From: Dehalococcoidia bacterium
GTDB lineage: Bacteria > Chloroflexota > Dehalococcoidia > Lucifugimonadales > Australimonadaceae
DNA: 64,000 nucleotides
Assembly: GCA_965248065.1 (NCBI GenBank)
Contig: OZ252088.1
Location: 1,292,773-1,356,772, forward strand
Reading direction: 5' to 3'
A program made the translations under genes and the position numbers. The notes beneath the pieces are model-generated. The model saw only the letters and a list, made by a program, of their open reading frames with translations. It was not told the origin of the DNA and searched no databases. This document shows, piece after piece, positions 54,063 to 63,166 of this stretch. The first letter of the stretch is position 1, and every line of letters begins with the position of its first letter.

Positions 54063-54878
54063 CTAGCGCGAGTCCTCGACTCTCGCGATGAACTCCCGCA
54101 CGTAAGGGATGATGACGTCGCTCTCGCCGAATGCGGACGCGTGGGTGTGGCCGTCGAGGGGCAGGAATGTCGCGTTGGGGGCGAGGGACGCGGAGCGCTT
54201 GGTAAGCGCGTGGTTGCGCGGCATGGGGTATTCGTCCTCCGCGCCGGAGTAGACCAGCGCCGGCAGCTTCATGTTGATGATGTCCTCGTCGGGCGCTCCC
54301 CAGCTGATGTTCGCGATCTGCTGGGCGGCGTAGGCGTCTTTGTCGTTCGCCATGAGGCGGTCCTTCTGCGCCTGCGGCAGCGGCCCCTGCTCCATCTCCA
54401 TCGCAGCGATGTAGTAGTCCATGCCGAGGCGCATGAGCTTGGCGCGGGCCTCCCAGCGCACCCGGTCGATCTCCGGCACGTCGGGGGAGAGCACGGGGTA
54501 AGCGCCCAGAATGAGTCCCCGGAAGCGGTCCGGGCGCAGCATGCCGCACGCCCAGCCGACGCTCGCGCCCATCGAGTAGCCCCAGTAGTAGGCTGTGTCG
54601 ATGCCGAGGTCGTCCAGTACGGCGACCACGTCCGATACCTTCTGCGGGCGTCCGTAGTCGGCCGCGTCCGGGAGCTTGTCGCTCTTGCCGAACCCGCGTG
54701 AGTCGATGAGGACCAGGCTGAGCTCGCCGGAGAGCTTCTCCGGATAACCGGCGTTGCGCCAGTTCTGCGTACTGCCGCCCATGCCGTGGACCAGTACGAC
54801 CGGCGGGCCGTTCCCTTCCTCGACCTCGTAATGGATGCTGACCCCGTTGTTGTCCACAAACTTGTCTGTGAATGGCAT
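54063..54878 (-). CDS. alpha/beta hydrolase, tandem paralog of 53223..54032
   Basis: Start ATG 54878 (MPFTDKF..., AGGAG 6 nt upstream) aligns with MPFEDRF of the neighbour. GYSMGASVG. Collinear similarity along the whole length. Confidence 0.85.
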   Translation of the reverse strand: MPFTDKFVDNNGVSIHYEVEEGNGPPVVLVHGMGGSTQNWRNAGYPEKLSGELSLVLIDSRGFGKSDKLPDAADYGRPQKVSDVVAVLDDLGIDTAYYWGYSMGASVGWACGMLRPDRFRGLILGAYPVLSPDVPEIDRVRWEARAKLMRLGMDYYIAAMEMEQGPLPQAQKDRLMANDKDAYAAQQIANISWGAPDEDIINMKLPALVYSGAEDEYPMPRNHALTKRSASLAPNATFLPLDGHTHASAFGESDVIIPYVREFIARVEDSR

Positions 54879-54951
54879 CTCCCGCTCCTTTCGCAAGCGC
54901 GCTCGCGCGGGAGGGTATCAGATACAGGGGCGGGGGGTGTGCTATTGCCAG

Positions 54952-55338
54952 CTACCGTAAGCGTGTGACGGTGTACTCCCACTCTTCACGACTGCTACAC
55001 GCGGCGGCAATCAGAATCCACTCGATTCCTTCTCCGAGGGGGAGTGTCATGGGCAAGACAATAACACCTGGCATCGGTAGGCCCTCGCTCATCCGCTTGT
55101 ACGCGAGGTTCACCAGAGTGGCAGGATTGTCCGTGTTCGCATCGTGAGTGAGCAACACACGCCCGGTCTCCGCAGCCCACGCCAATACGGCGGAATCGTT
55201 TGCTCCTGCCAGATTCGTATCTTGTACGCGGATGATGTCTATGCGGGGATTGCTCCTGAGTATGCCTTCTACGATGTGGCGGTTGAAGTTCTCGTCTCCT
55301 GCGAACAGGGGAGGCCTAGGGCTATCGGGCTGTTGCAC
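54952..55338 (-). CDS. DUF5615/PIN-like putative toxin
   Basis: 128 aa. LFAGDENFNRHIV...DSAVLAWAAETGRVLLTHD matches the DUF5615 pattern. 17-nt overlap with the upstream DUF433 gene. Confidence 0.65.
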   Translation of the reverse strand: MQQPDSPRPPLFAGDENFNRHIVEGILRSNPRIDIIRVQDTNLAGANDSAVLAWAAETGRVLLTHDANTDNPATLVNLAYKRMSEGLPMPGVIVLPMTLPLGEGIEWILIAAACSSREEWEYTVTRLR

Positions 55339-55669
55339 GCTGCGCCTGCAGACGCTCCCGGAGCGCCTGGTTCTTCGAGTCGGCCTCTATCAACGCCCAA
55401 GTCCGCTCGGACGCTTCCTCCCGTGCTTGCAGGTAGGCGTCTACCTTCTCCCTATGCCGGAGGTAATAGGCGATGACCGCATAGACGTCTGCTAGTGAGA
55501 GGGTGTCAAAGCCTGTCACGATATCTGCTGGAGAGTCACCACAGTTGAAACGCCCGACAACTGTGTCGAGCGTTACGCGGGACTTCCCGATACGCACGGC
55601 ATCTGTGCCAGGCTCAATCCGCAGCGGTGCGGCCAGCGCGTCCGGTTTGGGCAGCGCTTCAATTGCCAT
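55322..55669 (-). CDS. DUF433 domain protein (antitoxin-like)
   Basis: ATG 55669 with GGGAGGA upstream. RIGKSRVTLDTVVGRFNCGDSPADIVTGFDTLSLADVYAVIAYYLRH is the DUF433 signature. Confidence 0.7.
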   Translation of the reverse strand: MAIEALPKPDALAAPLRIEPGTDAVRIGKSRVTLDTVVGRFNCGDSPADIVTGFDTLSLADVYAVIAYYLRHREKVDAYLQAREEASERTWALIEADSKNQALRERLQAQRATAR

Positions 55670-55739
55670 GTGATCCTCCCTCGGCGACACTGGCGTCGGC
55701 GAGCAGGGTAGCACAGGCCGAGCAGCCCGCGCTCTACGC

Positions 55740-56531
55740 CTAATGCCTGCCGCCGTCGGCTTCTATCGTTGCGCCGTTCATGTAGCCCGCGGCGTCGGAG
55801 ACGAGCCAGGCGACGGTCCCGGCGTGCTCGTCGGGGGTGCCGAGGCGGCCCATCGCGCTCCGGGTCGTCGTGGTTGCGCGGACGGTCTCGTTCCACATCG
55901 GCCGGTGGGGCGTCTCGATGCCGCCGAGGGCGATGGAGTTCACCCGCACCTCGGGCGCCCACTCGTAGGCCATGGACTTCGACATGTTGATGACGCCCGC
56001 CTTGGCTGCGCCGTAGGCCGCCTGCCCTGTGCCGGGGTTCACGCCGGCGCCCGACGCGATGTTCACGATTGCGCCCTTGCCCTGCGCCTTCATGATTGGC
56101 TGCACCGCCTTCGAGCACATGAACGCGGTGAGGACGTTCACCCGGTAGCACTCGATGAAGTCGTGGGGCTCCAGGCCCATGAGCGGGCCGGAGCGGAACG
56201 TCTCGCCCCAGCTTCCGCCTACCACGTTGACGAGGATGTCGATGCGTCCGAACTCGTCCATCGTCTTGGCGACGAGGTCGTCCACTTCTTCTTGGTTGCG
56301 GACGTCGACGGTGACGCCGAGGGCGCGGCTGCCGATGGCTTTGATCTCGTCGACGACGGGATAGACCGGCGCGTGAGGGCGCTCCCGCCCCACGGTTACG
56401 TTCTCCGGCTCGCGCGCGGCGACGACGACGCTGGCGCGCTCGCGGGCGAGGCGCAAGGCGATGGCTTTGCCGAATCCCTGGGAGCCGCCGGTGACGATGG
56501 CTACGCGGTCGGTCAGATCGAAACTGGGCAT
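55740..56531 (-). CDS. short-chain dehydrogenase/reductase (FabG-like)
   Basis: ATG 56531 with GGAGGAGGA upstream. RVAIVTGGSQGFGKAIA, YGAAKAG. Confidence 0.85.
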   Translation of the reverse strand: MPSFDLTDRVAIVTGGSQGFGKAIALRLARERASVVVAAREPENVTVGRERPHAPVYPVVDEIKAIGSRALGVTVDVRNQEEVDDLVAKTMDEFGRIDILVNVVGGSWGETFRSGPLMGLEPHDFIECYRVNVLTAFMCSKAVQPIMKAQGKGAIVNIASGAGVNPGTGQAAYGAAKAGVINMSKSMAYEWAPEVRVNSIALGGIETPHRPMWNETVRATTTTRSAMGRLGTPDEHAGTVAWLVSDAAGYMNGATIEADGGRH

Positions 56532-56905
56532 GGCGTCCTCCTCCTCTATCGAACGGCAGGATGATACATCGCCGCGCGCTCTCCCGGCCTCCCCCGCAGA
56601 CGACACCTTTGCATAACTCCCTTATGGCGGTTTAGGGGAGCCTGTCCCGTAAAGCTCGCGGCGTCCGTGGAGGAGGAAGAAGTTTTTTCCGCAGGCTCCT
56701 TCACCTCTTGGAATCTTTGATTTACGTGGCCGTGATGCGGTCGACGGGCGACGGGGACGGGGGGGCAAGAACTTATTTTCCCCGGAAGTTTCTGAACCTG
56801 TTTACTAGGCCGTGGCGCCATGGAAGGGGGTTAAGAATCCAAGAATCCACAAATTTCGGCCCCCCCGGTTTGCGTGGCCCCCCCCTCTCAGTCTCTCCCG
56901 CAGAC

Positions 56906-57096
56906 GAGACCTTTGCGTAACTCTATTTCTGGCGGGCGTAACTCTTCCCCCCCCCCCCCCCGCCCGTCATGTTGTGGGGGACACCCCCACGCCCCCGGCA
57001 GAGGGGCGTCGCCCCTCTGCGCTCCCCGGTATTCCAGGCCGGTCCGTGGTTCGACAAGCTCACCACGAACCAGTTTGAGGTTTGCGCAAAGGTCCC
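56906..57096 (+). mobile_element. MITE copy M3 (191 bp) carrying a C15 homopolymer
   Basis: TIRs GAGACCTTTGCGTAA / TTGCGCAAAGGTCCC. GCAGAC on both flanks. C15 at 56947-56961 where other copies read CCCACCCACCC. Confidence 0.7.
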
Positions 57097-57140
57097 GCAG
57101 ACCGGGAAAGCGGGCCGCAGAAGGCCGGTTTGGCGCGAAT

Positions 57141-57180
57141 TGCCCGCAATCGCCCGCAATCGCCCGCAATCGCCCGCAAT
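57141..57180 (+). repeat. 10-bp tandem repeat (C/T)GCCCGCAAT x4
   Basis: TGCCCGCAAT CGCCCGCAAT CGCCCGCAAT CGCCCGCAAT read directly, followed by the degenerate CGCGCCCGTC. Confidence 0.9.
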
Positions 57181-57227
57181 CGCGCCCGTCGCGCACTCGT
57201 AAAGTGCCCAGGTTCTACGAGTGGGGT

Positions 57228-57485
57228 GAGCGCCGATTTTTTCGAAACTGTCGCATTTTGTCGGATTTTCATGGCATTTACTCGTGTTTGGGGGTTTCGG
57301 GCGCGACAGTTCCGCGCCATTTTGCGACAGCAAATGCGACACTTTGCGACAGTAATGCGACACAATCCGACAATTTCCGACAGGGCCGGTAAGGGGCATG
57401 GGGGCAGCGATGAGGGCGGGACAGTTGGGAGCATACGAAGCAGGGTAGGGAAAAGGATGTCGTTTGCGCAACGGGCAGATGTCAC
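57228..57485 (+). repeat. GCGACA-iteron element, copy D
   Basis: GAGCGCCGATTTTTTCGAAACTGTCGCATTTTGTCGGATTTTCATGG ... TTTGCGACAGCAAATGCGACACTTTGCGACAGTAATGCGACACAATCCGACAATTTCCGACAGG ... CGTTTGCGCAACGGGCAGATGTCAC. Confidence 0.8.
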
Positions 57486-57585
57486 ACTCTTCCCCGCGCT
57501 TTCGTTGGGGCAGGCGTTGGTGCTGGAAGGAGCGTCGATACCCGGCATACGGGGGAACCCCCCTCTCTAACTCTCCCCCGCAGAC

Positions 57586-57772
57586 GAGACCTTTGCGTAA
57601 CTCTATTTCTGGCGGGCGTAACTCTTCCCACCCACCCGCCCGTCATGTTGTGGGGGACACCCCCACGCCCCCGGCAGAGGGGCGACGCCCCTCTGCGCTC
57701 CCCAATATTCCAAGCCGGTTCATGGTTCGACAGGCTCATCACGAACCGGTTTGAGGTTTACGCAAAGGTCTC
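57586..57772 (+). mobile_element. MITE copy M4 (187 bp)
   Basis: TIRs GAGACCTTTGCGTAA / TTACGCAAAGGTCTC. GCAGAC at 57580-85 and 57773-78. Flanks rejoin to CTCTCCCCC-GCAGAC-GGGAGAGAG. Confidence 0.7.
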
Positions 57773-57861
57773 GCAGACGGGAGAGAGTACCGGACACTCC
57801 GGCGCAGACGGGAGAGGGGCGAGGGGGCGCCGGGCCTGGTAGAGTCCCCGGCGGAGGCGCT

Positions 57862-58254
57862 ATGAGCGACGAACAGGAAGCCGCAGTCCTCGCGGCCAAT
57901 CAGGCCTTCTACGACGCCTTTGGGTCGTTGGACATCGGCCGCATGGAGGCGGTCTGGTCCAGGGGAGACGAGGTCACCTGCGTCCACCCGGGCTGGCCGA
58001 TTCTCACGGGCTGGTTCGAGGTGATGGGCAGCTGGGAGCGGATTTTCGAGGGCGCGGCGATGATGACGTTCACGATCACGGGCGCCGAGGCCACTGTCGC
58101 CGGAGAAGCGGCCTGGGTCACGTGTACTGAGAATCTCTCCTCCGTCGTGAACGGCCGGGTGATGGACGCGCGAATCGAGACCACCAACCTGTTCGTGAAG
58201 CGCGACGGACGATGGCTCGTCGTGCATCATCACGGCTCGCCGGTCGGAGGGTAG
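57862..58254 (+). CDS. NTF2-like / SnoaL-like (DUF4440-type) protein
   Basis: ATG 57862 with GGAGG 5 nt upstream. AANQAFYDAFGSLDIGRMEAVWS...CVHPGW...WLVVHHH pattern. Confidence 0.75.
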   Translation: MSDEQEAAVLAANQAFYDAFGSLDIGRMEAVWSRGDEVTCVHPGWPILTGWFEVMGSWERIFEGAAMMTFTITGAEATVAGEAAWVTCTENLSSVVNGRVMDARIETTNLFVKRDGRWLVVHHHGSPVGG

Positions 58255-58274
58255 GGCGGGCCCACGGAACCCCC

Positions 58275-58305
58275 TTGACCCTAACGTAACGTCAGCCTTT
58301 ACGCT
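58275..58305 (+). promoter_or_regulatory. putative MerR-type promoter/operator (19-bp spacer) of the downstream MerR/TipA-like gene
   Basis: TTGACC (58275-80), 19-bp spacer, TACGCT (58300-05). Imperfect dyad TGACnnTA...TAnnGTCA spans the spacer. The -10 box ends 6 nt before the GTG/ATG at 58312/58315, suggesting a leaderless mRNA. Confidence 0.4.
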
Positions 58306-58311
58306 GTCTTC

Positions 58312-59070
58312 GTGATGCAACACAGCCCGCGCCCCTACCGTATCGGCGAGCTTGCGGAACGCGCCGGGGTGTCCGTGCGGACGCTTCACCACTACGACCG
58401 GCTTGGCCTCGTGACGCCGTCGGGGCGTTCGGAGGCGGGATACCGGCTCTACGCGGAGGCCGATCTGCTGCGTCTCCAGCAGGTGCTAACGCTGAGGTAC
58501 CTCGGTTTCCCACTGAAGCGCATCGTCGAGCTGCTCGACCGCCCCGGCTTCGATGTTGCAGCGTCGTTGAGGGCGCAGCGGCGGGGGGTCGAGGAACGCC
58601 TGGCGGAGCTGCGCCGCATTCACACGGCGATATCCCGCGTCCTCGACGCGGGAAAGGTAGAGGGCGCGTGGGACTCGGACCTTGTGCTCGATGCGGCGGC
58701 TGCGGTTGGGGCGGGGACGAACAATAGGAGTGAGGACATGGAGAAGTACTACACGCCTGAGCAGATGAAGCAGTTCGAGGAGCTGCGGAATGAGACACCG
58801 GCGGAGGAGATAAAGGCTGTCGAGGAGGAGTGGGCTGTCTTGCTGGCCGAGGTCAGGGCCGCGCACAGCCTCGACCCGTCGAGCGCGGAGGCGAAGGCCA
58901 TCGCCGCCCGCTGGGACGAGCTGCTCGGCCGCACGATGAGCTACTACGCGGCCAAGCCGGGACTGATCGAGGCGATGGGACGGAACTACGCCGCGGGCAG
59001 CTTCGAGGAGACCGATGGCGCGCCAAAGGCCGGCGATTTGGAGTTCATTCGCCGCGTCAAGGGGGCTTAG
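58312..59070 (+). CDS. MerR-family transcriptional regulator with TipAS-like C-terminal effector domain
   Basis: YRIGELAERAGVSVRTLHHYDRLGLVTPSGRSEAGYRLY (MerR HTH). C-terminal YYTPEQMKQFEE...WDELL resembles the TipAS domain. Confidence 0.85.
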   Translation: MMQHSPRPYRIGELAERAGVSVRTLHHYDRLGLVTPSGRSEAGYRLYAEADLLRLQQVLTLRYLGFPLKRIVELLDRPGFDVAASLRAQRRGVEERLAELRRIHTAISRVLDAGKVEGAWDSDLVLDAAAAVGAGTNNRSEDMEKYYTPEQMKQFEELRNETPAEEIKAVEEEWAVLLAEVRAAHSLDPSSAEAKAIAARWDELLGRTMSYYAAKPGLIEAMGRNYAAGSFEETDGAPKAGDLEFIRRVKGA

Positions 59071-59165
59071 TGGTCCGCAGTGGTTGGCGCATGCGTTGAC
59101 GCATCGGCTCGTAAGTGGCAATCTGCGCGGAGCAGAGAGACGAAATAGTTCGAGGAGGACAGCCG

Positions 59166-60563
59166 ATGTTGACCAAAGAGCAGAACGATAGGCTGACGTT
59201 GGTGGGCCCTGGCACGCCGATGGGCGAGCTGATGCGACGCTACTGGCAGCCCATAGCGGGGGTGTCGGAGTTCAACGAGAACCCCACCAAGGCGGTGCGT
59301 CTGTTGGGGGAGGACCTGGTCCTCTATAAGGACGAGAGCGGCACGTTCGGCCTGATCGATGTCTCGTGCGCCCACCGGCGCGTCAACATGCTGTGGGGCA
59401 TCCCCGAGCCGAAAGGGCTGCGCTGTCCCTATCACGGCTGGCTGTACGACGAGACGGGCCAATGTCTGGAGATGCCCGCCGAGCCTGCCGACTCCACCTT
59501 CCCCCAGCGCGTGCGGATGAAAGCGTACCCGGTGCAGACGCTTGGCGGCCTCGTGTTCGCATACCTCGGCCCGCAGCCGGCCCCGCTGCTGCCCCACTAC
59601 TACCCGTTCGTGGAGGAGGGCAGAGTCAGGAGCATTGGCTGGACGGTCGTCACCTGCAACTGGCTTCAGATTATGGAGAACTCCCTGGACCCCATCCACG
59701 GGGAGTACCTCCACGGCTACTTCTCGAAGTACGCTCTCCAGCGGGTCGGCGTGCTAAAGCACCGAGGCGATATCTACGGCAAGCGCGCGCCGGAGCCGAA
59801 CGAGGACTTCGAATACTGGCGCAAGGCAGGCCGCAGCATGCGGCATGTCTCCGCCTCGTGCAGCAGGTTCGAGCACGGCGTTCTCAAGCATCGCTGGCTG
59901 GAGGGCGAGGAGCAGGAGGAGTCGATAGGCTGGAAGTACGGGCACCCGATACTCTTCCCGAACCTGGAGTCGGGCACGGGCGGGCACGATTTCCAGATCC
60001 GCGTGCCGATAGACGACACCCACACCTACTACGTCTACTACTACTCGGACTGGCCCCGGGAGGGCGAGAACACCAATCAGCGGGAGGACGAGATCCCCGT
60101 CTACCATGTGCCCATCGCGGGAGTGGACGAGGCGGGCCAACCCATCTGGGGGCAGCTCGACAACAACAGCGGACAGGACCACTTCGCCTGGACGTCGCAG
60201 GGCCCGCGCATGCGCCGCTACATGGAGAAGCTGGGGCAGTCGGACATGGGCATCATTCTCTTCCGCCGCATGCTCATGGAGCAGATGCAGCTGGTGGAGG
60301 ACGGCGGGGAGCCGATGAACGTGTTCAGAGACCCCGCCAAGAACGACATTCTCTGGATGCCGTTCGACCGTATGGACGACGAGGTCATCGAGGGGAAGAC
60401 GGCGACTCCCAAGAACCCGCACCGCAGCGGCGAGGCAATCTCGTCGGGCTCGTCGGGCAAGTTCAACCCGCTGAACCTGGAGTACGCCAAGCGAATCGGC
60501 GCGCCGCTGCCGCCCCCGTTCCCGCAGTCGGCCAAGACAACGGTCGAGGTGTCGCCGGGGTAG
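59166..60563 (+). CDS. Rieske [2Fe-2S] aromatic-ring-hydroxylating oxygenase, alpha subunit
   Basis: ATG 59166 with GGAGGA upstream. CAHRRVNMLWG...LRCPYHGW Rieske motif. Catalytic-domain His motif (ENSLDPIHGEYLH). Confidence 0.85.
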   Translation: MLTKEQNDRLTLVGPGTPMGELMRRYWQPIAGVSEFNENPTKAVRLLGEDLVLYKDESGTFGLIDVSCAHRRVNMLWGIPEPKGLRCPYHGWLYDETGQCLEMPAEPADSTFPQRVRMKAYPVQTLGGLVFAYLGPQPAPLLPHYYPFVEEGRVRSIGWTVVTCNWLQIMENSLDPIHGEYLHGYFSKYALQRVGVLKHRGDIYGKRAPEPNEDFEYWRKAGRSMRHVSASCSRFEHGVLKHRWLEGEEQEESIGWKYGHPILFPNLESGTGGHDFQIRVPIDDTHTYYVYYYSDWPREGENTNQREDEIPVYHVPIAGVDEAGQPIWGQLDNNSGQDHFAWTSQGPRMRRYMEKLGQSDMGIILFRRMLMEQMQLVEDGGEPMNVFRDPAKNDILWMPFDRMDDEVIEGKTATPKNPHRSGEAISSGSSGKFNPLNLEYAKRIGAPLPPPFPQSAKTTVEVSPG

Positions 60564-60587
60564 AAGAGGGAGTTTCGGAGTAGCGGT

Positions 60588-60833
60588 ATGAACCTACAAG
60601 GCATCGAGGCAGGCGCTCGCCTCGTGACGGTCGGCGGAGACGTTGTCGAACTGTTGGAGGTGAGCGCGGACGGCGCAAGCGCGAGCGTGCGCTACGTTGA
60701 AGTACTGGGCGGGGCGGAAGCGGCCGTGGGAGAAGAAGCGTCGCTCCCCGCCGAGGACATCGCGACAGTCGACGGCAACCGCTTCGTCGGCCCCGGTCGG
60801 ACGGCTTCATCCACGGGAGACAGCCGGGCGTGA
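60588..60833 (+). CDS. hypothetical small protein
   Basis: 81 aa directly downstream of the Rieske gene. Protein-like but low-complexity Ala/Gly/Glu composition. No family recognised. Confidence 0.35.
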   Translation: MNLQGIEAGARLVTVGGDVVELLEVSADGASASVRYVEVLGGAEAAVGEEASLPAEDIATVDGNRFVGPGRTASSTGDSRA

Positions 60834-60953
60834 GGGCTGCCTGACGTCAACGGCGCAGGGCCCCGGCCCCCACGCTGCGCCAGGCTTTACGCTAAGGCCG
60901 CTGGTGGACGGCAGCCCGCGCTCCTACACGGTGGACGTCGCCTACGCTACGCG

Positions 60954-61976
60954 CTACGGCCGCCAAGACTGAGCGCGCCGGAGGAAGACCTTCGGGTCGG
61001 CGCGCCATTCGGAGTGTCCGATTGCCTGATCGTTGGTCAGATAGTCGATTTTCTCATCGAGGCAAGCGGTGAGCGCCTCTTCGGAGGCCGACAACGTCCA
61101 GCCTCCGTACTCGACGGTCGGATCGAGCGCGGTGACGGCGAAGACTCCGTCGCCGGTCGCCTCGGCGTTGCCGATGGCGCCGCGGGCGAAGGCGTCTATC
61201 GAGCCGTCGCGCAGGGCCTCGATCAACTCCGCGTCGCCGACATCGGCTCCGAGGTAGATGACCACGGGCATATCCGGCGACGGCGGCAGCAGCCGCTCTC
61301 GTCCCTTCACGTTCGGCGACGATCCGCCGGCGGTGATGACATAGGCAGCCGTGCCGTCGGCGGTTGCCGCCCCCGACGCCGCGACAATCTGAGTTCCGGC
61401 GGCCAATACGCCTTCGGAGTCGGCGAGGCCGGTTAGCTGCAGGAGGCGTGCCTCGCCGGTCGTTCCAGCGATCGCGCCTACGAGGGTCTCACTGGTCAGG
61501 TCGTCATGAGTTGCGTAGCGCGCGGCATCCTCGAACCGCACCAGCAGCGAATGCCGGAACTCGATGTGCCCGGACGTGAAGCTGACCACGCGGGCACCCC
61601 CGGCGTCGCGGGTGCGAGAATCGAGGATTGTGATGCCGCCTCCGGCGATGTCGAAATCAGGCGTGGCGGGGAGCAGCCAGATACCGGGCCACTCGGCGAT
61701 GGGAATGCGGTTGAACCGCAGCCCCGCGCCGTCCATCGCTTCCAGGGCGGTGAGCAGGTCGGCCTCGTAGCCGGTGTGCTCGTGGAATCCCGCGGAATCC
61801 GGGTCTGGGTTCGCGCTGGAACTGACCGGCTCGAAAAAGGCGTAGAAGGCGAAGTTAAGCGTCCGCCCTTCCGAGCACGCCGCCGGAGGTTCGGCTTCGC
61901 CTCCGCAAGCGGCTGCTAGGGCCAGCGCCGATACTCCTATCAGGGTAGCGATGCTACGGAAGAGCGCTCTAGTCAT
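60954..61976 (-). CDS. lipoprotein, periplasmic substrate-binding (SBP_bac_3-like) fold
   Basis: Lipobox LALAAAC. GYEADLLTALEAM...DIAGGGITI resembles type-3 solute-binding proteins. Confidence 0.6.
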   Translation of the reverse strand: MTRALFRSIATLIGVSALALAAACGGEAEPPAACSEGRTLNFAFYAFFEPVSSSANPDPDSAGFHEHTGYEADLLTALEAMDGAGLRFNRIPIAEWPGIWLLPATPDFDIAGGGITILDSRTRDAGGARVVSFTSGHIEFRHSLLVRFEDAARYATHDDLTSETLVGAIAGTTGEARLLQLTGLADSEGVLAAGTQIVAASGAATADGTAAYVITAGGSSPNVKGRERLLPPSPDMPVVIYLGADVGDAELIEALRDGSIDAFARGAIGNAEATGDGVFAVTALDPTVEYGGWTLSASEEALTACLDEKIDYLTNDQAIGHSEWRADPKVFLRRAQSWRP

Positions 61977-62011
61977 GTGAGCATCTGGCTGACGCGGCGT
62001 TCAGCATCAGC

Positions 62012-63022
62012 CTAGTTTAGCGCTCTCCCCGCCCCGAGATACCGCAGCGCGTTGCGCCAGCCGATCAGCTCGCGCTCGGTGGAGCTGAGGCCCAGCGCCT
62101 CGAACTCTTCCTCCGGAGACGGGTCCTTTGGCCCCGTGCCCTGCCAGTCGGAGCCAATCATCACCTGGCTCGCGCCCACCTGGTCGATGAGATAGCGCAG
62201 GGGCGCCGTGCCGAACGCCATGTCGTCGTAGTACAGCATCGACGCGTACTCCATGGGCGAGCGCGGCAGCAGCTTGCGGACCGCGTCGCGGCTGCGCCAG
62301 TTCTCGTCGCTTCGGGCGAGGAGCTGCATGAGTACGCCGCCGCCGTGGCTGATGCAAACGCGCAGGTCCGGCAGCTCGTCCAGCAGGCCGCTCCAGATGA
62401 TCGACGCGCCGGCGAGTCCAGACTCGATGGGGAAGCCAAGCGGGGCGTCCGCGACCACCGCGGGGATGTGCGCGAGCCGGTCCGCGAACGTCGGCCTGTT
62501 GGCGTGGGGGAACACCGCCAAGCCCAGCGCCGCCGCCTCTCGGAAGAAGGGGCGGAATTCCTCCTCGCCGAGGCTCCGGCCCTCGATGTTCGACCGGATC
62601 TCGACGCCATGCAGGCCGAGCTCTTTGATGACGCGCAGCTCTGCGACGGCCAGCTCGATGTCCTGCATGGGCGCCGACCCCAGGCCGTAGAAGCGGTCGG
62701 GCTCGTCCGCGACCATGCCCGCGATGGTCTCGTTCAGATGCCGCGCCAAGTCGGCGCCGTCTTTCGGGTCGAGGTGGTACATCAGCAGCTCGGGCAGGGG
62801 AGATAGCACCTGCTTGTCGGTCCCCTGGCCGGCCATCTCCGCCGCGCGCTTTGGCGCGTCCCAGCAGACGTCGCGCACCGTGCGGTACTCGCGCCCGCTG
62901 ATCATGATGGTGGAGCGCTCCTCGTCTTGCGGGTCCATGGAGGGGAAGGCGTCGCCTGATGCGCGCTCGGGGAGGAAGGGGAAGTCCTTCGGGACGATGT
63001 GGGTGTGCATGTCGATAATCAT
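62012..63022 (-). CDS. amidohydrolase_2 (ACMSD-like) family protein
   Basis: Trimmed to ATG 63022 (MIIDMHTHIV; alternative ATG 63067). ISHGGG, MIGSDW. The remaining 290 N-terminal codons of the track ORF are antisense junk over the VOC and F420-family genes. Confidence 0.8.
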   Translation of the reverse strand: MIIDMHTHIVPKDFPFLPERASGDAFPSMDPQDEERSTIMISGREYRTVRDVCWDAPKRAAEMAGQGTDKQVLSPLPELLMYHLDPKDGADLARHLNETIAGMVADEPDRFYGLGSAPMQDIELAVAELRVIKELGLHGVEIRSNIEGRSLGEEEFRPFFREAAALGLAVFPHANRPTFADRLAHIPAVVADAPLGFPIESGLAGASIIWSGLLDELPDLRVCISHGGGVLMQLLARSDENWRSRDAVRKLLPRSPMEYASMLYYDDMAFGTAPLRYLIDQVGASQVMIGSDWQGTGPKDPSPEEEFEALGLSSTERELIGWRNALRYLGAGRALN

Positions 63023-63166
63023 TGGCTCGTTGCCCTTGCGCCTGACGCGCGCGACGTAGCCTACCATTGAGCGCGCCCCCTTCGCAGAGGAGCCGGCTTG
63101 CTGCGCGAGCTTGCGGGCGGGGGTATGCTGTGGAGGCAACGCAGCAAACGCACCGGGAGGCCAGCT

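Noticed and set aside
56828-56850. Solo IS30 inverted-repeat remnant (AAGAATCCAAGAATCCACAAATTTCGG).
   Set aside because: Only ~11 nt (GAATCCACAAA) match the IS30 IRL, which is too short to distinguish from chance in this repeat-rich gap.
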